From Hypanus sabinus (Eukaryota), in contig NC_082721.1 of the NCBI RefSeq assembly GCF_030144855.1, positions 73,966,001-74,030,000 of the forward strand: a stretch of DNA of 64,000 nucleotides. Direction: 5' to 3'. The notes under the pieces are model-generated. The model had not been told where the DNA came from, made no database searches, and saw only the letters and a list, made by a program, of their open reading frames with translations. The translations under genes were made by a program, and so were the position numbers. Below are positions 46,634-60,260 of this stretch, one piece after another. The first letter of the stretch is position 1; each line of letters opens with the position of its first letter.

Positions 46634-47189
46634 GTAAGTGCCAGTGTTGCCTATTTCACGGGTTACTTCTAAATTGCTGAGCTGCTATTCAGTAACTATC
46701 TGAAATCGAATAAAGGAAGTAACAAAAGCATGCAAGAGTATATGTTGACAGTAGAACCCCTCAAACAGCTGAGCTGATTTTAAGGGAAAAAGATAAATGA
46801 AACATGATTTTGCTTCGGACGCAATTGATACTGACATAAACAGAAATGGGAATGGATATCCCTGAGATAACACGTGCTGTTCTCGTACGATCAATGATAT
46901 GTGGAGAGACTGAAGTAAAAATATTGAATGCAAAATTGAGAGAGGTGATACATTGATCAGCAAATGATATGAGATGGTAGAATGCCGTTTATTTTCGTAT
47001 CAGGCTAGTCTGGGTGAATGCAGATACTATCCTGTGCTTCCTTTACCTGCTTCCCCTGCCCGGGGAGATTTGTCATCTTCTGCAACATTCTCAATCAGAA
47101 GAAGAATTGGAGAGTAGCAAATTATACTTCTTTGAATAAAATATGGAAAAGGTGAAACAACGAATCTAAGGATTACTTACTTGCAGAAA

Positions 47190-47540
47190 GATTATAGAAA
47201 CGTTGTGAAGTTTCAGGAACAGAAGTTAAGCGGAATTAGGCAAATAGGTCTACCGAATCTGCTTCACCATTCGGTCATGGTTGATTTATTTTCCCTCTCA
47301 ATGCCATTCTTCTGCTGTCTCCCGTAACCTTAGTCGCCCTTACTGATCACGGAACTATCAACCTCCGTTTAAAATATAGTCAAGGATTGACTTCCCCAGC
47401 CTTCTGTAGCAATTAATACAGCATGTTGACCATCTCTCGTTAAAGAAATTTCTCCTGTTCTCTATTATACAGGGATTCTTAGATTTTAATTTTGCGTCCT
47501 CTAGTCTTATACTCTCCTACTATAAGAAACGTGCTCTTCT
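47190..47540 (-). mobile_element. CR1 3' end fragment in intron 1 of the lectin-like gene
   Basis: Reverse complement of a CR1 tail (ggaattaggc..ctgcttcaccattc..aaagaaatttctcct). Confidence 0.7.
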
Positions 47541-47731
47541 GTAAATATGCAGAAAATGCAGTCGCTCTGTTCCCTCCATAATTTTATGTCTAACATACAA
47601 AACAGAACGAAATACAATACTGTGGATTTAATTGTTGGGCGGGCAGAATTCAGCTCTTCCCGTATCTAAATCACCCGAGATTTGCATTCCACGTCTTTCT
47701 CTCAATGATGATTTTCACTTAAATTTTGCAG

Positions 47732-47851
47732 AGCGCCGTGAACGGCCATTGGAACCTGCCCGAAGAAATTTCTCTCTCAGGGTGATATACACGCTTCTGG
47801 GTTTCTTCATCATGTTGTCTGCTGCGGCTATCGTCACCGCAGTTATGCTCA
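47732..47851 (+). CDS. Second coding exon (basic juxtamembrane plus signal-anchor TM): ERRERPLEPARRNFSLRVIYTLLGFFIMLSAAAIVTAVML
   Basis: Acceptor aaattttgcag|, donor A|GTAAGT, 120 nt, phase 1-1, in frame with exon 1; a 23-residue hydrophobic run after Arg-rich sequence indicates type II topology. Confidence 0.8.
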
Positions 47852-48458
47852 GTAAGTTGCACAACGATGCAGTAAACTTTGACATTAGCTCTACAATGCG
47901 AATTATCAAAAATATGCTGTGTAAGTGGAAACGTCGAATTAAGTTCTATGCATCAATCAGATTTTTTTTTCAACAATCGTTTATCTGCGTATCTTTTTAC
48001 ACTTTTACTTGCGGGATTTTCAGAGGATTAATGGAACAGGAATGATGTATCGCCATTGTAGTTCCGGAACTAAAGGTCCAATCTATCGAAATAATGTGAA
48101 AGAACTGGGTTTGTTGAAACAGAAAATCATGGGAGCATTCATCACTTGGGAGATTATCCGCTCCGGCCTCACCCCTTCCCCACCCCATGTTGTTTTCCAT
48201 AGAGTGCAGTTAGAGTATGTAGAAAAGTTATTTTGCTTTAAAAGGTTGCCTATAATCAGAAGAGAAAATATTGCTTTAAAATAAAGAAGTGGTCAGACAG
48301 GATCCCAGAAGGTGCAAAGCTGGAGGCCCCACACAGGCAACGTAGAAAAACTCCTATAGCTCTCTGAACTCAGTGTAGGTCAGTACTGATAAATAGCCCT
48401 CATCTCATACATATCTCCGTCTCTCTATATGCCTGTCTGTCTACCTATATATCTACGT

Positions 48459-49090
48459 TATTGTGCAAAAGCCCTAGGCAACCTACATATTTTATCCAAA
48501 TTTTGTTTTAGATTTTTTATCTGCATCGTTGTTCCAGAAGAAAAGGCCAAATTTTAGATTTTCAAACATCCATTTTCCGAAAGAAAAAAAAAGTTACAGA
48601 GACGTGTTTTTTTTTGTATTTCGTTAAAGTAAGTATCATAATGCTTAAGGCTCCACTTTTCAAATAAACACTTCATTACTTTGTCGGTGTCTGGTTCAGC
48701 TCATAATTGAACAAAGATAAACATGTGCTAATGATCAATGATATGATGCGCTGCATGATGTAAACTAATTAACCGAAACAGAAACCGGTGTAGAAGGAAT
48801 CAGACATGGAGAAGGACAACCAAACTAAAAGCAAAGGGTGGGCAGATGTGAAAGCTTAACTTTCAAATAATCAGTTCTTACACCATGGCAAGTGTGAACA
48901 TAGCAGCAAGACAAAAAAGTGCTCATTCGGCATCAGTAAGTTTTCTTCCAAGCGTTAATATCAGGGCAGGGAGAATTTCAAGATCTATTGTTCAATTTCT
49001 GCTGAAGCAGCACCAAGAGGCGGATATTGCTCAGGACCAGAAAAACAATCGTCGGCCAAGTGGTAAAGCAACAGATATGTTTATAAGCAT
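48459..49090 (+). mobile_element. Tc1/mariner left end (TIR plus transposase HTH N-terminus), decayed
   Basis: TIR-like tattgtgcaaaagccctaggca; ORF 48885 MASVNIAARQK..GRISRSIVQFLLKQHQEADIAQDQKNNRRPS resembles the Tc1 paired-like HTH ending in GRPR. Confidence 0.72.
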
Positions 49091-49949
49091 GAGTTCTGGA
49101 TTAGACATGTTTGCTGGAGGAGGAATGAATACTACCTCATTTGTCAATGATTTTCAGTGGATGCTAATAATAGAGCTAAAAGAGTATAAAATCCCATGAA
49201 CGTCAGAACTAGCTGGACAGAGAATTGGCTCAAAATCAGAAATGAGTGATTTATACGCAATTGTAATAAAGACAGAGAAGGTTGTTTCTCAGACTCTGCA
49301 GAATTCGACATTGAATCTGAGAGGCGATACTTGCTAGTAGACGAGGAATAGGACATTCTGCTGCTCTTGTTTGTTTGAGGCCTTGTGAGGACAGCAATGT
49401 AGGCCGGCGACAGATAAGTGAGATTAGAAATGATAGCAGTGCATAGTAAGAAATCATGGTTGCTTATACACAAAAAATGTTTCTGCTCTGCAAAGTAGAC
49501 ATTTAACAGATAGTTTTCCTGCAGAAAGAAGACTACTATGTGAACTAAAATAGCAGTCGGCTATGTTGGAAGATGTCCGATTGAATCTGTAATGATCGTT
49601 ACAGGACTGCCTGGTTTGCTGAATTGTGAGAAGGGAATAGGTGAGGGCGCATGCATTGGATATTCTGTCGTTATATTTTTTAAATGGTGCTAGAAATGAG
49701 GGAGTGAATTATACAGCAATATGACTGTCTAGACAAAAAAAAACACTCACATGGAAATAACGAAAGGACACTAGGGAAGAATATGTGACGGCTGGCATCA
49801 TGATCCAAGTGGCACATATTGCGAAGACTGATCTATGCTGGCGCTGGAAGAACTACCTTGCAAGAGAAAACAATATGAAAGGATAGTTGTGGAAATAAAT
49901 AAGTTATGTTCAAGTTGTCTATCACAACAGTAACATTAAGCCAGAATAG

Positions 49950-51245
49950 ATCTTTGGAGCTCTGTTTCAGTAGCCAGAGAACAGTGCCTTTTAACTTTCC
50001 TGCCTTGCTACGCTGGCATATAGGACAATATAGCGACATATAAGACATTCTGCTGGACAGAACACAGAGGGTGCAGGACAGAGGAAGCTGGACGACAGTC
50101 AGGAAGGGGAAGAGGGGTGGAGCAGCCAGTGCAGAGTTCCCTGTGGCCATGCCCCACAGCAACAGGCATATCACATTGCATACTGTTGGGGGATGGTTGT
50201 GATGTTGAACTAGCAGATAAAATCGCAGCTGTCGTGTCTCTGGCATTGAATCTGTCTTTGTGACTCAGAAGGGATTTGGAGGGAAGAGACAAGCTGTGGT
50301 GATAGCAGATACCTTCATTAGGTGAACAGACCGGAGGATTTGTGGACAAGAACTGGATTTCTGAATGGTATGTTGTTTACCGGGTGCCAGGGTGCAATCT
50401 TTAGTGGGTGAGTGAATAGACAGCGGTCGTTCTCCGTGTGGCTACCAATGACGTCGGTAAGAAGAGTAACGAGGTATTGCAAAATGAGTTCAGGCAATTA
50501 AGTGCTAAGTTAAATGACACGATCACCAGGACTGTGTTCTCAGGAAAGTTAATTGTATCATGTGCTAGTCAGGCCAGACATTCTGGCGAAACTTTATCTG
50601 CTATTAGGGAATGAGTTATGGGAGGTGAAAATAAAACTGAGCAATCGCGACTTGCGGCAGAATCGGGCCAATGGAAAAATCTACTTAAAAATAACAGATG
50701 GGAGTTCATGCCGACGGTCCTGAGATGTAATGTAATGTTAAAGTTGTGTAAGATATGTATGAGGCCTAATTTGGAGCATTGTGTGCAGTTTTGGTCACCT
50801 ACGTAGAGCGAAGATATTTATAAATTTGAAATACAGCGAAAACTTTCAGGAATGTTGCCTTTTCGTTGGAAAGTCGAAGACTGAAACGAGATTTAATGGA
50901 GGTATAGATAGTTATGAAGGGAATGACAGAGTAAATGCAAGCAGACTTTATCCACTTGGTTTGGGTATGCACTAAATGGATGTAATGGGTCATGGTTTAA
51001 AGTTTAAAGTTTAAAGAGAGCATGAGTGGAAAACTCTTTACTCAGAGGGTGGTGAGGGTGTAAAAGAGTGTAAAAGAGCTGCCAGCGCAAGTGGTGCACG
51101 CAAGCTCGATTTCAAAGTTAAAAATATGTTTGGATAGGTACATGTACGGTAGGAGTACAGAAGCCTCCCGCGTTGTTCGATGGAAATAGACAGTTTACGT
51201 GACTTGGCAGGGACTAGTTGAACTGTTTTTATGACACTATGATAT
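49950..51245 (+). mobile_element. Decayed CR1 fragments (ORF1 at about 49950-50580; 3' end at about 50700-51245)
   Basis: VCCLPGARV, VATNDVGK; VMLKLCKICMRPNLEHCVQFWSP. Confidence 0.75.
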
Positions 51246-51299
51246 AATTCTGCCCTCTTCTCCACATCCTGTGAAGTCCTTGATACTATGTATGACATC

Positions 51300-51680
51300 G
51301 TACAACGAGCTGGAGGATATCAGCAGGTCGGGTAGCATCCGTGGAAATGAGCAGTGAACACTTCAGGCCAAGACCCCTCGTCAGGACTCAAGAGTGATGG
51401 AGCAGGGGCTCTATAAAGGAGGTAGGGGGAGGGTGAGAAGGAGAAAGCTGGAAGGTGCCAGGTGAAAAAACAAGTAAGGGGAAATATCAAGGTGTGGGGG
51501 AGGTAAAGCAGGGAGGAGATAGGCAGGAAAGGTGGCAAAAGAATGTAAGTGGGAAGCACTATGTGTAGTAGAAGAAGGCAGAATCATGAGAGAGGTGATA
51601 GGCAGTTGGAGCTGGAGGCAGATTGAAACAGGGATGGGGAAGGGAGTGGGAGGAAATTGCCGGACGTTGAATTCTCCAAC
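51300..51680 (-). mobile_element. Penelope pLTR fragment with degenerate hammerhead motif (51352-51389)
   Basis: Minus strand GAGUC-CUGACGA-GGGGUCUUGGCCU-GAAGUGUU-CACUG plus the terminal block. Confidence 0.75.
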
Positions 51681-52925
51681 TTCCGAGTTCCAAGTCAGGT
51701 AAAGTCCAAGTCTTATGTGAAGTCAAGATCCAAATCCCAAGTCCGAGTCCAGGTTAAGTGAGAGTCCCAAATCCTGAGTCTGAGTGCAGGTTAAGTCAGA
51801 GTCCCAAGTCTCGAGTCCCGAGTCCAGGTTCAGTCCAAGTCCAAGTCAAGTACAGGTTTTGTTCATTTGTGTCCAGCATTTACGTCCATGTTGACATTTT
51901 GTCCTCATTCCTGGCCTTCCCAGTAATTCTCAATAAACACAGTTCAGTTTATACCATCTCAGTGACTGTGTCTTGCATTTGGGTCGCTTCCCTATTCCTT
52001 CTTGTAACAGAAAGTTAAAATTTCCCAGCACAACAACCGTATTATTATTACACCTCTCCGGAATCTGCCTCCTTATCTGTTCCTTGATGCCTCTGTTACT
52101 CTCGGGAGTCTATAAAAACACCAAATAGAGTATTGTCCCCTCCCTGTACCTGACCCAGCACTGGACTGGGCAAGGTACTCCTCTGCTGGGGGAGGCACAT
52201 GGACAAGACGAGAACAAAAAGCTGTGGCTTGGAAAGGACAAGGTTCCAGGACGTGGCTAGAACTGGACGGGACCCCGAAGCCTTGACTTGGTCGAGGAAG
52301 AGAGAGGAACGCAGAGCCTTGTTCGAAGGAGAGACAGGAACGCAGAGCCTAGGTCAACGAAGAGACATAAATGTGGAACACAGAGCCGGGACCCCTCCTT
52401 GGGTACAGGACGTAGGATCGGGACTCATTACACAGAATGCAGAATACGACGAGACAGTTCTGAGTACAAGGCAGTGGCAGACGGCCAGATCCACCTAGCG
52501 AAGGCGTGAACACAGAGAGTTCCCAACACCAGGTAGTGGCAAATGACCGGACCTAACTAAGAAAGGCGTGGACACAAAGACAGTTCAAAACAACGAAAGG
52601 CATTTCCTTATCTTGCTCCGGTGTTTGAACTTGAGAGCAAGGAAGGCAAGCGTTACAGGCGAGTCAAGACTCCAGGCGAGGCTAGGTGAGTCAAGGCTCC
52701 GTGCGAGGCTCCAGGAGGAAGGTGAAGGGAAGGGATACAGAGAGGGGGTTTGAACAGGAACAATCCAATAGCAGAGGCTGAATCCTGAAGCTATTTGTGG
52801 AGTCAGCCCAAACAAGAATCAGCTGCCTCAACAGAAACTGGGGAAAACTGGACAAAGTGGAACAAGGAAATTGGACCAGACCATGAACTGGAATGCGGAT
52901 TTCATGGACCAGACCATGACACTGA
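51680..52925. mobile_element. LTR fragments: + LTR 3' part with ccaagtc/ccgagtc repeats ending TGTAACA (52009); short CR1 piece; second LTR/leader at about 52160-52925 ending catgaca
   Basis: AATAAA at about 51932 followed by tcttgcatttgggtcg..tgtaaca; short internal direct repeats (gaacgcagagcct x2, gaccagaccatga x2). Confidence 0.55.
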
Positions 52926-53821
52926 CAAGGCCAGGAGTTTTGGGCGTAATCAAGAGAAATGACGTTCACAGTTGTACATATTTACATTGCCTTCATGGAG
53001 TGCTTATGGTACTATCTGGGGGAACAAAAATCTTATTGTCCTTGAATAACCTGTGATGCATAATGAAGAAACTTGTCGACCGTTATGTCCTCCTGGAAGA
53101 TATGCTATTTTCCAAATTTACATGGAAAGGTTGAATATGCAGGACTTCAGCAACCCCGATAAGCTATGTGGATCAAGATGAGATTTGTTTTCTCTACCAA
53201 AATAATTCTAGGTCAACAGCCTTTGCAATGCGTAGCCATTATGCCTTTCATTTCTGCAGATAAGCCTTCATAAATAAGAGCACTGAGTAAAAATAAATTG
53301 GATGTTACTTTGAACTGGTATGAGATATGGCTGAGGCTTAAGTTTGAGTATTGTGTTTAGTTTGGGTCACTTACTACAGAAAAAAAAGTATAAATACATT
53401 TGAGAGAGACAAGAGAAAATTAACAAATAATTTCCTGTTTCTGCAGGACTCGTGCTGTATTGAAAAAAAAAAATGAACAGTTTTAGAATCTTAGTTCTTG
53501 TAATGTAGAAGATTGAGGAAGGATTTGTAAAAAGTACACAAAATCATGAGAAATACAGATGTGATAAATATAAGCAGATTTTCTCCACTGTGGTTGCGTG
53601 GGAGTACAACTGGATGTAAATGGTTAAGAATTAAAATTGAAAGGTTTAAAGGGAGCAGGAGGGGAAACCTCTTCACTTTGACCATCATAAGACCATAAGA
53701 CATTTGAGGAGAATTAGGCTATTCAAACCAATCAGTCTGCCCTGCCATTCCATCATGGCAGAACATGGCAGATCTCATTTATCCCTATACGCCTGCCTTC
53801 CGGCCATATCTTTTGATGATT

Positions 53822-56800
53822 TTTTGCGGAGTGAGTGGCAACAGAGTGAAAGAGCTTTGGCTCCACAGGATTTGGCGGTAACAGGACGAGGTGAGGCAGT
53901 TGTTGATTGCAAAAGGAGGTAGTGTGTGTGTGAGGCCAGATTTCTGAAGTCGGTGTCAGATGTGGGAGGTTCTGGAGTCTCCCAGCATCCCAGACGGCCA
54001 CATCTGCACCTGATGCATCGAGATGCAACTCCTAAGGGTCTGTGTTAGGGAACTGGAGATGCAGCTCGATGACCTTCATCTGGTCAGGGACAGTGAGGTG
54101 ATAGAGAGGAGTTACAGGCAGGGGTTTACTCCGGGGCCACGGGGGACAGAGAAGTGGGTCACAGTCAGCAGAGGGAAGGGGAAGAGTCAGGTACTAGAGA
54201 GTACCCCTGTGGCTGTACACCTTGACAATAAGTACTCCTGTTTCTGTGGGACAGCCTACCTGGGGGATGCGACAGTGGCCGTGCTTCTGGCACAGAGTCT
54301 GGCCCTGTGGCTCAGAAGGGTAGGGAAAGGAAGAGGAAGGCAGTAGTGATAGGGGCCTCTGTAGTCAGGGGTTCAGACAGGCGATTCTGTGGACGCAGGA
54401 AAGAAACTCGGAAGGTAGATTGCCTCCCAGGTGCCAGGGTACAGGATGTTTCTGAGCGCGTCGAGGGAGAACAGGCAGAGGTCGTGGTACATATTGTACC
54501 AATAACATAGGTAGGAAAAAGGAAGAGGTCCTGAAAGAAGACTACAGGGAGTTAGGAAGGAAGTTGAAAAGCCGGACCTCAAAGGGAGTAAACTCAGGAT
54601 TACTGCCTGTACCATGCAACAGTGAGAATAGGAATAGAATGAGGTGGAGGATAAATGCGTGGCTGAGGGATTGGGGCAAAGGGCAGGGATTCAGATTTCT
54701 GGATCATTAGGACCTCTTTTGGGGCGGGAGTGACATGTACAAAAAGGACAGATTGCACTTGAATCCCAAGAGGACCAATATCCTGGCCGGCAGGTTTAAT
54801 AGAGCTCTTGGGGAGGGTTTAAACTAGTTTGGCAGGGGGGTGGGAATCAGAATGTGAGTGCAGGGATTAAGGTAGAAGGACAAGGGCATGATGCTAAGAG
54901 TTCTGAGTTGATGAGGAAGGACAGGCAGGGGATAGACCATAATTGTAGCCAGTTAAAGGGGATGAAATGTGTTTACTTAAATGCTCGGAATATTAGGAAC
55001 AAGGAGGATGAACTCAGAGCATGGAATTACGATGACGTGGCTGTTACTGTTACATGGTTGGATGAAGGGCAGGATTGGATGATGCAGGTCACGAGATTCA
55101 GGTGTTTTAAAAGGAATAGGATGGGGAGTAGAAAAGGGGACAGTGGCATTGTTGGTCAGGGATAGTATCACAGCTATAGAAAGGGAGGACGCTGTAGATG
55201 GAGTATCCACGGAGTTAGTCTGGGTGGAAATCAGAAATAAGAATGGATCAATCACTGTGATGGGAGTAATCTATAGGCCCCCAAATAGCTCTCACAACAC
55301 CGAGGAGCAGATAAGCAGGCAGATTTTAGAATGGTGCAGGAAATACAGGGTAGTAGTCATGGGTGATTTCAACTTCCCATATATAGACTGGCACCTTCTG
55401 AGTGCAAGGGGGATAGATGGGGCTGAATTTGTCAGGTGTGTTCAAGAAGGATTCCTGACACAGTACTGCATGTGGACCGGCCGACGAGAGGTGAAGATAT
55501 ACTGGATGTAGTTCTGGTTAACAAACCTGGTCAGGTGACAGACCTCTTGGTGGGGGACTGTTTTGATAAGAGTGACCACAACTCCCTTAGCTTCAGCATA
55601 GTGATGGAAAAGGATAAAATCAGACGAAAGGTAAAGTGCTTAACTGGGGATGGGCTAACTATGAAGGGATGAGGCAGGAACTAGCGAGATCAAATTGGAA
55701 ACAGATGTTCAAATGAGAAAGCTCAGAAGTAATGTGGGAGAAGATCAGGGACCATTTGAGCTGGGTTCAGGATAAGTTGTCCCACTGAGGCAAGGGAAAA
55801 ATGTAGGAAAAGGGAACAGTGGCTGATGAAACGTGATGCAACTAGTCAAGAGGAAAAAAATGAAGCATATGTTAGATATAAGAAACAGGAAGTAGGAAGG
55901 GCTTATGAGAAATATAGGGTAGTCAGGAAGGAGCTAAAGAAAGGACTTAAGAGAGTTCGAAGGGGGCATGAGAGGGCCTTGGCATGTCGAATTAAGGAGA
56001 ACCCCAAGGTATTCTATGCTTATGTGAAGAATAGGAGGATGATGAGAACGAAAGTGGGACCGCTAAAGCATAAAGAGTTCAACATATGCCTGGATGCAGA
56101 GGAGGTTGCTGAGGTCCTAAATGAATATTTTGCTTAAATATTCACAAGTGAAAAGGATCTTGATCAGGATGAGGTCTCAGTAGAGAGGGCCTGTGTGCTG
56201 GACAATGTGGAGATTAAGGAAGAAGAAGTGCTGGATATTCTTAAAACATTAAGATTGATAAATCCCCAGGGCCGGATATGATACACCCCAGGTTGTTGTC
56301 GGAATTGAAAGAAGAGATTGCAGGAGCATTAGCTATGATCTTTGAATCCTCTTTAGCTGCAGGGGAAGTGCTAGAGGACTGGAGAATGGCTAATGTAGTT
56401 CGCTTGTATAAAAAAAAGGTAAAAGGGAGAAACCTGGGTGCTATAGACCGGTGAGTCTTACATTGGTGGTATGCAAACTACTGGGAAGGATTCTTAAGGA
56501 TAGGATCTACGAGCATTTGGAGAAGTACAGTCTACTCATGGATAGTCAACATGGCTCTGTGAAGGGAAGATCGTGCCTCACAAGCCTGAATGAGTTTTTT
56601 GAAGAGGTAACAAAAGAAGTTGATGAGGGTAGGGCAGTGGATGTGGTCTGTGGACTTTAGCAAAGCATTTGACAAGGTCTCTCATGAGAGAGTCATCGAG
56701 AAAGTCATGAGGCATGGGATAAGTGGAACCTTGGCTGTTTGGATAAAGAAATTGGCTTAAAGGAAGAAAGCAGAGGGTAGTTGTGGAAGGAAAATATTCT

Positions 56801-57833
56801 GCCTGGAGATCGGTGACTAGTGGAGTGCCACAGGGATCTGTCCTGGAACACCTGCTACTTGTGATTTTTATAAATGACCTGGATGTAGAGGCGGAAGGAT
56901 GGGTGAGCAAGTTCGAGGATTACATGAAGATTGCAGGAGCTGTGGATGGAGCTGTAGGTGGTCAAATGTTACAAGATGATATAGACAGGTTGCAGAGCTT
57001 GGCAGGAAAATGGCAGATGGATTTCAATCTGGACAAGTGTGAGGTGAGGCATTTTGGAAGGACAAACCAGAAGACTGAGTACAGGATCAATGGTCAGTTA
57101 CTTAAGAGTGTGGAAGAAGAAAGGAACCTTGGGGGTCAAATCCATACGTCCCTCAAGGTCGCTGCACAGGTTGATTGGGTGCTTAGGAAGGCCTATGTGT
57201 TGCTAGACTTCATTAACAGGGGGATTGAGTTCAAGAGTAAAGAGGTCATGTTGCAACTCTACAAATCTCTGGTGAGACCACGCTTAGAGTATTGTGTTCA
57301 ATTCTGGCCACCTCATTATAGGAAGGATATAGAAGCTATGGAGAAGGTGCAGAGGACATTTACTAGGATGTTGCCTGGATTGGAGAACAAGTCATATGAA
57401 GAAACGTTAGCAGAGCTGGGACTTTTCTCTTTGGAGTGTAGAAGAATGAGAGGGGACTTGATAGAGGTCTACAAGATTATGAGAGGCATAGATAGGGTGG
57501 ATAGTCAGTACCTGTTTCCAAGGGTACCAATAGCAAGCAACAGAGGACATAGGTACAAAATTAAGGGAGGAATGTTTAGGGGAGACATCAGGGGTAAGTT
57601 TTTTCACAGAGGTTTGTGAGTGTCTGGAATGACTTGCCGGGGATGGTGGTGGAGGCTAAAACATTAGGGGTATTTAAGAATCTCTTGGACAGGTACATGA
57701 ATGAAAGAAAAATGGAGGGTTATGGGGTAGTGTGGTTTTAGTACTTTATTTTAAGGATTATATGGGTCGGCACAACATGGAGGGCTGAAGGGCCTGTACT
57801 GTGCCGCAGTGTTGTATGGTTCTATCGTTCTAT
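53822..57833 (+). mobile_element. Full-length CR1 LINE (about 4.0 kb), disrupted ORF1 (Zn finger/zipper/esterase) and ORF2 (APE-RT)
   Basis: CQMWEVL..DGHICT*C..RELEMQLDDL; VIGASVVRG; KCVYLNARNIRNK; GVIYRPP, MGDFNFP, SDHN; QHGSVKGRSCLT; VTSGVPQGSVL; RPRLEYCVQFW; ttctat tail. The boundaries are fixed by the empty site in the duplicate at about 63360. Confidence 0.95.
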
Positions 57834-58589
57834 TATCTGACGAATCTTGAAACAAATAAATTCTGTCTTTAGTAAACCTACGGACTAGGCTTCCACTGCA
57901 GCTTGACACAGACCATTCCACAGACTTAATAATCTCGGGCTAAAATAATTGCTCTTCCCCTCTGTTTTAAAGAGTTGTTTCTCAATTTTGAGGCTGTGCC
58001 CTTTAGGTCTGCATACCACCATCACAGGAATCATATTGTCTACATTCACCCTGTAAAGTTCTTTCAACATTCGGTAGGTTTCAAAGAAATGCCCCCTCAT
58101 TTTTCTACATTCCAGTTAGTACAGGCCTGTAGGCCCTTTCCAAAGGCTGCCTTCCCCTTCAAGGCTGCAGAGGTTGCTGTCATGGGAAATTTTAACTTCC
58201 CTAATTTTGACTGGCATGACAGCAGACCAAGGGGTTTAGGTGAGGTGAAGATGGTTAAGTATGTTCAGGAAGGTTTCCTGATGCAGTATATAAAAAAGCC
58301 AACTGGAGGAAAATCTATGCTTGATTTGGTATTGAGAAATGAACCTGGTCAGGTGTCATATCTCTCTGTGGCAAAGAATTTTTGAGGTAGTAATCTCCAC
58401 TCAATTTCCTTTACCATGGCACTAGAGATGGATAGGAGCAGTCAATGTGGGAAACATTACATTGGAATACAGGGTAATTTAATAACTTTGCAAATCTCCA
58501 GCACATCCACTTTCTTAGTGTCTGTACACTCAAGTGGTCCAGTCCACTGTAAGTAATCCATACAATTGCCAAGGTAAATTTAACTGGTG

Positions 58590-60260
58590 AATACAGAAGC
58601 AAATTAATAATTAAGATCCTCTGCTACATCGTCCACCTCCACAAACGTGTTTCCACTACTCCACCTGCTTAGTCCTATATGCACACGGCTCATCCTCCTG
58701 CTCTTCACATACTTATAGAATACCTTGACGTTTTATTTAATCCTGCTCGCCAAGGCCTTCTCCTGGCCAAACTAGCTCTCCTAAATTCATTCTTGAGCTT
58801 CGTCCTGACACTATGAAAATTTCTGGAGCTCTAACAGTGCTTTGTTTCTTGAACCCTTTCTTAAGCTTTTTTGTTCTTCTTACCTTGATTTTCTACAGTC
58901 TTTGTAGGTCATGGTTTTGCTACACTACGATACTTTTCCTGTCTCAATGCAATATTCTGATGCCGACCGCTATGCAAATGTTCCCTGAATATTTGCTGTA
59001 TTTCATAGTACATTTCCCTGACAACATCTGCTTCCAATTTATGCTCCTAAATTCCTGTCTAATAGCATCATATCTTCCCCTAGCACAATGAATTGCTTTC
59101 GTAAATTGTCTGCTCATATCCCTCTATAGCGCTATGGTAAAGGAACTACAATGTAATTGTTATCACGACCTTAAATTTTCTCTCCCAGGAGATGTGACAC
59201 CTGTCCAGGTTCATTTCCCCACACCAGATCAAGTATAACATCTCTTCAATGTGTCTTTTTCTTTACATATTGCACCAGGAAACCTTCAACAAACCAACTC
59301 AACCTCACCTAAGCCCCTGGGTCTGAGGTAATGCCAGTGAATGTTAGGAAAGTCAAAATTTCCCATCACAACAAATCTATTATTATTGCACCATGCCACA
59401 ACCTGCTTTCGTATCTGCTGTGTTAACTTTAGAGTAGTATGAAAACAAATTTCTTGTCCGCTCCCTGTCTCTGACGTCTACCCACAATGACTCTGTAGGA
59501 AATCATTCCATGACTTCCTCGTTTACTGAAGCCTTGATTAAATGCCTGATTAGCAATGCCACTTCCCTACATCCTTCGCCTCCCTGGGTGTTGGCATGTA
59601 CCTATACCTCTGGCTGCTCAGCTCCCCTACAAGAATATTCTGGAACACTTTATCCTGGCTTCTCAATTGTGGCCGCAGAATTTCATATCTGTCCCCGTAA
59701 CTATCAAATTCCCTATCGCTGTTAATCCCTCTGACATCAACCTCCCCTTTTTTATGCTCAGAGCCAACCACAGTGCTATAGGTCTGGCTTCAGCTGCCTT
59801 GCCCAGATAAGGAATATGATTCAGAACTATCAAGCGTGGCATACCTGTTCCTGATGGGAATGGCCTCAGGGGGAGCCTACACTATCTTCTTTCTCTCTGT
59901 ACCTCTCTTGGTGTTCAGTAATCTACTCCCGGAATTGTGCACTTTGTGTGTAACCATCTGCTCAGCAGCCGTATTGATGAATGATTCTGCCTTCTGGATG
60001 ATCCTAAGTTCATCCAGCTCCAGCTGCAGCAACTTCATGCGGCACTTCATGAGCTGAACTTGGTTGAACACCCCGCAGGTGTGGTTATCCGGGAGGCTAC
60101 CGAGTTCAATGAATTCCCACATCCTACAGGTGGAGCATTCTGCTGCAATATCTGTCATCCTGCCTACACTGTACAATGGGTAACGGAAACCAAATTTTCT
60201 AAACTGTTTCATTCCCTAAGACTCTTAAGTCAAAGAATGACGCTCTTACTCTCAACGGTG
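58590..60260 (-). mobile_element. Decayed CR1 5' half (ORF1 and endonuclease)
   Basis: ORF 59877-60212 AAECSTCRMWEF..DNHTC..LQLELDELRIIQKAESFIN; VVMGNFDFP near 59340-59375. Confidence 0.82.

Noticed and set aside
47782-47799. VIYTLL as an ITIM
   Set aside because: It fits VxYxxL but forms the start of the hydrophobic TM helix, so it is unlikely to be accessible.
47632-48045. 137-aa ORF as a single-exon membrane protein
   Set aside because: Only 47732-47851 is bounded by splice sites; the rest is intron read-through.
51680-51850. ccaagtc/ccgagtc short repeats as a CRISPR-like or coding repeat
   Set aside because: Irregular 6-7-mers inside an LTR fragment, with no spacers.
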